Assembly (NCBI RefSeq): GCF_009914755.1
Contig: NC_060928.1
Direction: 5' to 3' (one strand)
DNA length: 64,000 nt
Source: the human T2T-CHM13v2.0 reference genome, Homo sapiens
Part shown: piece by piece, positions 55,541-64,000 of the stretch
Layout of the letters: every line of letters begins with the position of its first letter
Numbering within the stretch: position 1 is the first letter of the stretch
Position numbers and translations under genes: made by a program
The notes under the pieces: generated by a model
The model's input: the letters and a program-made list of their open reading frames with translations, nothing else
What the model was told of the DNA's origin: nothing
Database searches by the model: none

Positions 55541-56409
55541 ATTCAGGCTTTAGTGAAACATGACAAAAAGAACCTTCACAAACTAGCCCCACATGTTCCT
55601 TGAAAGTTCCTTGAAGGTTTCTTTGATTGCTTTCTTTCCTTTCTGGAATTCTCATTTTTCTTCTTTGTATCTCTCCATCTTCCTATTCTTCCTACATACC
55701 AATTTCTCTATTTAGTGAATTATAGTCTCTGTTTAGCAAACTGGGACTCCTACACATTCTTCAGAGAAATTAAATTTTATCTCATTCCTTCTTGAAAATT
55801 ACTACTGTATAACTATATATATATATATATATTCCTGGAATAACTTATGTCCCAGCATCATTTTGGCTGGGACCCATTCCTGTTTTTCCTGCTAGACTCT
55901 GAACACTGAGAGAATTGTATCTTACTCATTCTTAGCTCTCTAGGAGCTGGTACCTGGTATGTGCACTGTGAATTAGCCTTCATAAGAATCTTTGGGAATG
56001 GGTACTATTTCCCCCATTGTAGTTGACAGAATTGCCGTTCATGTCATATATCTGGCCAATAAAGAGTGGGTCTTTCTGACTTGAGTTTTTTGTTCCATGA
56101 AACCAAACTGCCTCTTTGAAATATTAACAAAAGGCATATGCATAATAACTTAATTCAAGAGAAGCCTAGGAACAAATTTAAATAATTATATATTTTTAAG
56201 TAGATACACTTCTATATAATGAAAGGTATTTATGTTTACTTTAGAAAATTAAAAAAATAGATTTGATAAAATGTAGACCATTTCCTGTAAAGGAAAAGCC
56301 TCATCAGTGGAAGTAATAGGTTCTCTGAGGCTAATTTAGTCACCTTCTTCCAAGATCTGATATTTGAACACTGTACATCCAAGAAAGTTGGTGGTGCAAA
56401 ATGTTTCTA

Positions 56410-57005
56410 TGTTGTGCTAGGTTTGTGCTAACTCCTACCAAAGTTGAGAGGCTTCACAATGACTCAATAGCCAATTAGGTATGTTCAAATTCACAGTTTG
56501 TTGGGAGACTTTCACACAGTGTCAATCATGCAATTAATATTCAATACACAGGCAGTAATTTAAAAGGGGGCAACAAACCACAATGATGGCTTGGAAGACC
56601 AGCATGCTGACAGAGGGGTTCAGTGGGTCCAAAAGTCTTCCAGACACTAATCAGCTGGGAAGTCACTGCTTCTCTCTGGCCAGAGCCTCTGGTTGCTGAC
56701 TCCAAGTAGGGAGAAGGCATCAGAGTTCTTATGAGCAGAGTCTAAATGCGTCTTGGACAAGTCAGATTCTTGCTGCTTGCCTGGCCCTCCGCAGATGTGC
56801 CTATTCTCATCATCTCAGCCACATCTTGAATTCAATTTCTATTGGTTCATTTCAGGTTTCTGGTGGTACTGGGCAATAACAGGTGTTATCACCTCAGTCC
56901 ATTACACATGTTTATTTCTTTGAGGAGTAAACAACCTTACTCAATACACTTGACATGAGTAAGTTCATTTTGAGACATTAGGATCTCAAACCATTATGCC
57001 ATATC
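56410..57005 (-). mobile_element. Probable old ERV LTR (family uncertain)
   Basis: About 600-bp GC-richer block starting tgttgtg and ending tatca with LTR-like composition; family not recognised. Confidence 0.4.
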
Positions 57006-57289
57006 ATCCTGATATAAAGGTTAAGGGAATAGCTTTTCTTTTATCTTTTAAAAAGGGCACTGTGATGAAAAATGTCTTTCTTTTCTTGATTTCTCTTTTC
57101 GTCTTTCTTTTTATCTTCTTTCTTTCTCTCTCTTTACTTTCTTTCTATCTAAACCTCCTTCCCGTATTAGGGAACTCCCCTACATTATGAAACTGGGCTC
57201 CGCACCCCAGAACTGAGTCTGAAAATCTGTATCTCTTGCAGCTAAACTGGCAACCTATCGGACATACCCATCCTAGACTTTGACTCAAA

Positions 57290-57614
57290 GGCCAGTTGAA
57301 CTAGGAAGCTGGACTAGGCAGAATTCATTCTGGCAAGGGCAGGGGCAGTGACAGTTGCTTTAGGGACAGCAGTCAATGTTTGTGGCTCATGGGAAAAGCT
57401 GCCCTGTCTGTGCCAGCAACAGTGTCCGTGCTGAACTCACCAGATCAGTTCTCTGGCATGGGTTTGGTTGGGTTTCTGGTTTAATCGCTCCCAAGCCTGG
57501 TCTCTGCAACTTTTCAGAAATGTTGAGAGCTACCCAATACTTCTCTAATAAATTCCTTTTCTACTTGAACTAGTCAGGGTTGCCTTCCGTTGTGACTAAG
57601 AATCCGGATGAACA
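57290..57614 (+). mobile_element. Old MLT1 (J/K/L-like) LTR 3' part
   Basis: agagctacccaatacttctctaataaattccttttctacttgaactagtcagggttg...aagaatcc...aca. Confidence 0.7.
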
Positions 57615-59460
57615 GAGCTCTGAAACATCAATCTTGGAATTTCCGTATCAATATCCCACATATAGTGTGTGGGCATCTACATTGCACATATATGGCTTCA
57701 CATCCTCCTTTCAGGAAAGTTATTTACTGATAAATGATGAGTGGTCCTGCTTAATTCCTTTTTTTTTTTTTTTTTTTTTTGACAAGGTCTTGTTGTGTTA
57801 CATAGGCTGGAGTGCATCGGGGTGATGATAGCTCACTGCAGCCTAGAAATCCTCAGCTTAAGGGATCTGCCTTCGTCAGTCTCCCAGGGAGCTAGAACTA
57901 CAGGCATGTGCCACTATGCTTAGCTAATTTTTTTTTTTTTCTTTTTGTAAAGATAGGGTTTCACTATGTTGCCTAGACTGGTCTCAAATTTGTGGCCTCA
58001 AGTGATCTTTCTCCCTCAGCCTCCCAAAGTACTTGAGATTACAGGCATGAGCCACTGAGCCCAGACCTTACTTAATTACTAAACATGCATTTAATTACAT
58101 AAAACTAAGAGCACTGAGTTGTTAAGTAGAGACATGAGAGTAGTTTTCAGTTTATTCTGACAATAATACCAAATAATGCTGCAATTGCTCTAATCCACCA
58201 CGCCTGGAAACAGGCATAGAATGGTTTTAATGAGCCTATTTAGTTCTGAATCCATTGCTTGTTTGGATAAGAAATGTGCAAGATTTTTAAATTTGAGAAT
58301 AATATGTATTCAGGCTCAAAATGTAGTTCCCATAGAAACTTGATATGACTGTATAAAAAAACTTGATATGTCCTGATTTAAAAAACCAATGTACCAACAT
58401 CTGAAGAACCCTATCAGTTAATCTGACATACTCCGTTTCTTATATTGTTTTGTTCTTCCTATTCCAAAAATGATTCTGTCTGTAGATGCTTGTAATTAAA
58501 GACTTGAAATAAAATGAAAGCGACCTCATGAAATGTTTGATAATGCTTAATGAAATTAAGATATTGATAAACGGTGGAAGAGCACATATGTGTATATACA
58601 TTTGCATGTACGTATGTGTGTATAGATACATGTGTATGGGGGAGATAGATAAATAGATAATAGCAATTAGAGTAAGGAGTATACAATTCAGAACTATACC
58701 ATCCAATAAAAGCCCAGTAGCCACATATGGCTATTAAGTTCATGTTGCAAATATGGTAAAGAACAGAATTTTAAAATTTATTTAATTTTAACAAGCTTAA
58801 ATTTAAATGTAAAACACAAAGCAGGGTGAATTTTTTTCTTTTTAGCACAACTTTATTGTTTCATTGACTGTTTCCTTTAGCCATGAATGGTCTAAAATAT
58901 TATTGGTGTATTTTAGTGCAGATAATAGGCATGTGTGTTATTGATGCCATTACACATAGACACATCATTGGTGTACTTGGTGTCGGCAGTGTGGTTCAGT
59001 TTAAATTACATTTTCTATATAACACTGTAACATTACAATGTGTTTTTTGTCAAGGAATCAAACAGTTCCTAAGCAGAACTGTGTAAACCTTCTGGGTTTC
59101 CTTTCCACACTTCCACAGATATGGTCTGTAAGAAAACAACAAGCCCAAAAGGATTTACACACTTAGCTACTGCAGCCTACGTGATGGATCAAGACAATGT
59201 CTCTTAAAAAAATTAAATAGGATCATTCATCTTTTGTAAATAACTTTCCTGAAAGTGGCAAGCCATATGTGTGCAGTGTAGAGGCCCACACCCTCTATAT
59301 GTGGAATATTGATAAAGAAATTCAAGGTTGTCATTTTAGAGCTCTGTTCATCAGGATTCTCAGTCATGACAGGAAACAACCTTGACTAATTCAAGTAGAA
59401 ACGGAATTTATTAGAAAAGGTTGAATAGCTCTCAGGATTTCTGAAAAGTTGCAGAGACCA
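57498..59460. repeat. Inverted repeat: arms 57498-57813 and 59169-59460, 1355-bp spacer
   Basis: Exact reverse-complement blocks of 24 bp (57498-57521 / 59437-59460) and 20 bp (57708-57727 / 59236-59255), colinear throughout; roughly 80% identity by eye. Confidence 0.93.
57759..58067 (-). mobile_element. Alu (AluJ-like)
   Basis: Diverged dimer with T22 tail; approximate TSD t(g/a)cttaatt(c/a)ct at 57748-57759 and 58069-58080. Confidence 0.93.
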
Positions 59461-60845
59461 AAGACACAGCATAAGAGGTACCACATGAGCTTCATATTCT
59501 CGCTGGCCCTTTTGGTTGCCAAAGTCCCTGGGGGCAATGTAGAGTAAGCCCAGGTGGATGCTGAGCACTCCGTGGATCTGTCTCCCAACGGAGGAACACT
59601 GAGATTAGGAAACTACTAATCTTATAAAGTGGGGCTGCTAGCAAACTTGCCCAACATTTGCCCTTGAGGGAAATATTAACTATTATCTTTGTCAGGAAAG
59701 AGATCTTCCCCCTCACTCAGAGGGAGACATTACCTCTAGCTTCCAAGGCTGTCTGTTATGTGAACATCCTTGAAAAGATGGTCTGGGACAAAATCTGCTA
59801 CAAGATATATAAAAAGGCCATAGAAAATCACCACCTAATATTATTATACATTAATATCTTATGAGGACTTTATGAAATATAGTGATATCCGTGTAAATTG
59901 TAAGTGGTAGACAAATTTTAATGCTTTTTATATAGTAAATATGTTAATTTATTTTTATACTTTTAAAAATATGGACAATTATTTTTACTTAAAATGAAGA
60001 CATATAACTGATACAGAATCAAGTGAAAATGGTGGTGCTAATACTATGTCCAGAATACTAAAGGAAAAAAGATGCTGGAAGGAGGCATGGCACATATTTC
60101 ATAATCATTGGCCATTGCAATTTGCTGTAGGAAAGCAAAACAAACAAACCAAAGTATACTATTGTGGTGTAAAAAATTTAAAGACAATAAAGTGGGAAAT
60201 ATTACATGTCAACAAGTAGATAGTAACTTTGATGTGAAGTTTTCTCTTGATATCAAAAAAGAAAAAATCTACAAAATCAACCACATGAAATCAGAATTAA
60301 TGTCTAACAAAAATATTAAACAATTTTTAACAGGAACTGAGAGTGTAACTTTGGCCAGATGAAAATGGCTTAGATTTTTGCAGACAAATGCAATACAACA
60401 TTTTTTTAGATAGAGAGATGGTAAATAAAATTGTAATTTCAGTTATAGAAATTTTTTAATGAAATTATGAAGCTTCTTTTAAAAAAGATGTTTCACAGTG
60501 AAAGACCTTATTTAAACCAATAACCTATAGAAATTTTCTAACAATATCAATGGTGTTTTTATTCAAAGTTTAAAAATTTGCAAGAACGTGTCTTTAGCTT
60601 TAGATTAGTTGTGTGATAAAAGCAGTACTGCCCAATTAACACTTTGGGTGCTTTTTGTGTCAAAACACTTCCAGTCTTATAAAGAAAGTTCAATTCACAG
60701 CACAAAATATCAAATTCATAGTATAGATATTTTACACTTCCTACATCTGCCAAAGAATAATTTCAAGAGGATATGCAAAAATTAATTTCTATCATGACAG
60801 ATGGTGCTTCAGCTATGTTAGGTCAAAAATCTGGATTTATTAAAA
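58685..60845 (+). mobile_element. hAT-Charlie DNA transposon fossil (Charlie5/MER33-like), interrupted at 59080-59830
   Basis: MER3/MER33-like end (ccaataaaagcccagtagccacatatggctatt) and degraded transposase motifs SLALD*LCDKSSTAQL (from 60591) and [19 protein letters not shown] (from 60782). Confidence 0.8.
59080..59830 (-). mobile_element. MER76-like ERVL LTR, split by the inverted copy at 59169-59460
   Basis: ggggctgctagcaaacttgcccaac...gagggagacattacctctagcttccaaggctg...aacatccttgaaaagat resembles MER76; assignment of the left piece 59080-59168 is less certain. Confidence 0.65.
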
Positions 60846-61050
60846 CTGGGCACAGTGAGTCACCCTGGCAATCCCATGACTTTGGGAGGCTGAGACAGGT
60901 AGATTGCTTGCCCCCAGGAGTTTGAGACCAGGCTAAGCAACATTATGAAACTCCATTTCTATAAAAAATACAAAAACTAGGTGGGCATGGTGGTACATTC
61001 CTGTGGTCCCAGCTACTTGGGAGGTTGAGGTGAGAGGATAACTTGGAGGT
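60845..61050 (+). mobile_element. 3'-truncated AluJ-like
   Basis: Left arm plus part of the right arm, then joined to a short minus-strand L1 piece (gagtcctccaactttcttcttc). Confidence 0.85.
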
Positions 61051-61100
61051 GGAGTCCTCCAACTTTCTTCTTCTTCTTCAACATTGCATTGGCTATTACT

Positions 61101-61425
61101 TTAGTTAAGATTCTCCAGAGAGACAGAACCAATAGGATATATAGAGAAATATATAAAAAGAGATTTTTTAGGGGGAATTGGCTCGCTTGATTATGGAGGC
61201 TGAGACATCCCACAATAGATTGCCTGTAAGCTTTAGAACCAGGAGAGCTGGTACGGGGGCTCAGTCCAAGTCCAAACACCTCAGAACTAGGGAATAGAAT
61301 AGTGTAACTCTCAGTCTGAGGCCATAGATCTGAGATCCTGAGGGCCTACAGATGTGAGTCACAAGTTCAAAGGCTAGACACTGGAGTACTGATGATTTCT
61401 GAGGTCGGGATATAAGGTGTCTGGG
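61101..61425 (-). mobile_element. MLT2 (B/C-like) LTR fragment
   Basis: ttctccagagagacagaaccaataggat...ggaattggctcgcttgattatggaggctgag. Confidence 0.82.
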
Positions 61426-61639
61426 CTCTGTGACCTCACTTCTCTGATAGTTATAAGAAGAGTTATTAATTTTTCAGTTAATTCAGGTTTTAACTTGTTA
61501 GGATGAAGTGATGACTTCCAGGCTCCTTAGAGGCTGGACTAGGAGGACTTAGAAGTCTGAACTATATTTTTAGAATACTCAGTTGTCATAACAGTTAGTA
61601 AATTTGCTTAACTTGGTAAGACCTAATTTCAAAACTAAG

Positions 61640-61750
61640 GGATTAGTTTCTCATTGCTGCTGCAAGAAGTTACCATAGCTATAGTAGCTTAAAACCATAC
61701 AAATATGTTACAATTCTGGTAGTTAAGAGCTAAAAAAGGGTCTTACTGGG
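61640..61750 (-). mobile_element. MLT1 LTR 3' fragment
   Basis: attagtttctcattgctgctgcaagaagttacca...agtagcttaaaacc...ttacaattctgg. Confidence 0.65.
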
Positions 61751-64000
61751 AGAATCACCTTCACTAAAAGGAAGACAGAAAGGAAGGAGAGAAGGAAGAG
61801 AAAACCATAAAACAACCAGAAAACAAATAACAAAAGGGCAGAAGTCTTTATTATCAATAATAACATTGAATGTAAATGGACTAAACTCTCCAGTCCAAAG
61901 ACATGGAGTGGCTAAATGGATTTAAAAAAAATACTCAATTATCTATTGTATACAAGAAACACACTTCACCTATAAAGGCCTACATAGACTGATAATAAAG
62001 AGATGTACAAAGTTAGTTTATGCCAACTGAAACCAAAAAAGAGCAGGAGTAGCTATGCTTATATTAGACAAAATAGATTTCAAGACATAAACTGTAGAAA
62101 GAGACAAAGGTCATTATATATGATAAAGGGGTCAATTCAGCAAAAGAATATAACAAATGTAAATATATGTGGACACAACACTGGAGCACCCAGATATATA
62201 AAGCAAATATTATTACAGCTTAAGAGAGAGATAGATCTTTGTACAATAATACCTGGAGACTTCAACACCATGCTTTTAGCATTAGACAGATCTTCCAGAC
62301 AGAAAATCAACAAAGTAACATTGGACTTAATCTGCACTATAGACAAAATGGATTTAATAGATATTTACAGACCATTTTCTCCAGCAGCTGCAGAATACAT
62401 GTTCTTCTCAGCACATGGATCATTCTCAAGGATAGACCATATGTTAGGTCACAAAACAAGTGATAAAACATTCAAAAAATTAAAATATTATCAAGCAAGC
62501 ATCTTCTCTGACCACAATGAAATAAAACTAGAGATCAAAACAAGAGAAAATTTTGGAAACTATACAAACACATGAAAATTAAACAATATGCTCCTGAGTG
62601 ACCAGTGTGTCAATTAAAAAATTAAGAAGAAAATTGAAAAATTTCTTGAAACAAATGATAATGGAAGCAAAATATATCAAAACCTGTGGGATACATCAAA
62701 GGCAGTACTAAGAGGGAAGTTTATACTTGCAAGTACCTACACCAAAAAAGAAGAAAAACTTCAAATAAATAACCTCATGATGCATCTTAAAGAACTAGAA
62801 AAGCAAGAGCAAACCAAACCCAAAATTAGTGGAGAAAAGAAATAATAAACATCAGAGCAGAAGTACGTGAAATTTTAAAACAGAAAACAATAAAAAGATC
62901 AAGGAAACAAAAATTGTTCTTTAAAAAGATAAACAAAATTGACCAACCTTTAGCCTGACTACCAAGAAAAGAGAGAAGATCCAAATAAATAAAATCAGAG
63001 ATGAAAAAGGAGACATTACAACTGAAACCACAGAAATTCAAAAGATCGTTAGGGGCTACTATGAGCAACTATATGCCAATAAACTGAAAAATCTAGCAGA
63101 AATGAATAAATTTCTAGACACACGCAACCTACCAATATTGAACTATGAAGAAATCTAAAAACTGTACAAACTAATCTGTTAGTTTGAGATCCTCTCCCAT
63201 TAAAGAAAAGCCCAGGACCCAATGGCTTCACTGCTAAAATTCTACCAAACATCTAAATAATAACTAATACCAATCCTGCTGAAATAATTTTGAGAAATAG
63301 AGAAGGGAATAGTTCCAAATTCATTCTGTAAGGCCAGTATTACACTGACACCAAAAATGGACAAAGACACATATAAAACAGAAAAGTACAGGAAAACAAG
63401 GCTGATAAATATTGATGCAAAAAACCTCAACAAAATACTAGCAAACCAAATTCAACAACACATTAAAAAGATTATTAATCATTACCAAATAGCATTTATC
63501 CCACGGATAAATTCAACATATGCAAATCAATGATTCAACATATGCAAATCAGTCAATGTGATACATCATATCAATAGAAAGGAGGACAGAAACCATACGA
63601 TCATTTCAATTGATGCTGAAAAAGCATTTCATAAAATTCAACATCACTTCATATTAATAAATCTCAGAAAACTGGATATAGAAGGAACATACCTCAACAT
63701 AATAAAATCCATATATGACAGACCCAAAGCTAGTATCAGATTGAATGGGAAAAACTGAAAGCCTTTCCTATTAGATATAGAACACAACAAAGGTGCCCAC
63801 TGTCACCACTGTTATTCAACATAGTATTGCAAGTCTTAGCTAGAGCAATCAGAAGAGAGAAAGACATAAAGGGCATAAAAATCGAAAAGGAAGTGGTCAA
63901 ATTATTCTTGTTTGCAGATGATATGATTGTATATTTGGAAAAATCTACCACCAAAAAACTGTTGGAACTGATAAACAAATTCATTAAAGTTGCAGAATAC
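61751..64000 (+). mobile_element. Degraded L1 (L1MA/L1PB-like) ORF2 EN and RT, running off the window end
   Basis: ORF 62003..62575 has EN motifs GDFN, SRIDHMLG and SDHN; RT motif LFADDMIVY at about 63908-63934; multiple stops and frameshifts. Confidence 0.95.

Overview
AT-rich, gene-poor primate (human-like) genomic DNA, intergenic or deep intronic. It is dominated by interspersed repeats: about 15 Alu/FLAM copies, L1 fragments of several ages, L2/MIR, MaLR/ERVL/ERV1 LTRs including an intact solo LTR12C with a 4-bp TSD, and hAT DNA transposon remnants. I find no credible cellular protein-coding exon; the long ORFs are L1 ORF2 pieces or Alu/LTR12 artefacts. The clearest structure not explained by ordinary repeat annotation is a ~300-bp inverted duplication (57498-57813 vs 59169-59460). 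It copies an LTR end, unique DNA and an Alu end, and appears to be inserted into a MER76-like LTR nested in a Charlie transposon. Weaker signals are three minus-strand non-coding exon candidates, one plus-strand 15-nt microexon candidate and a divergent pair of CTCF motifs. Repeat subfamily names come from recalled consensus features, not database searches, and boundaries of old repeats are approximate. I see no evidence of a new enzymatic or gene system.
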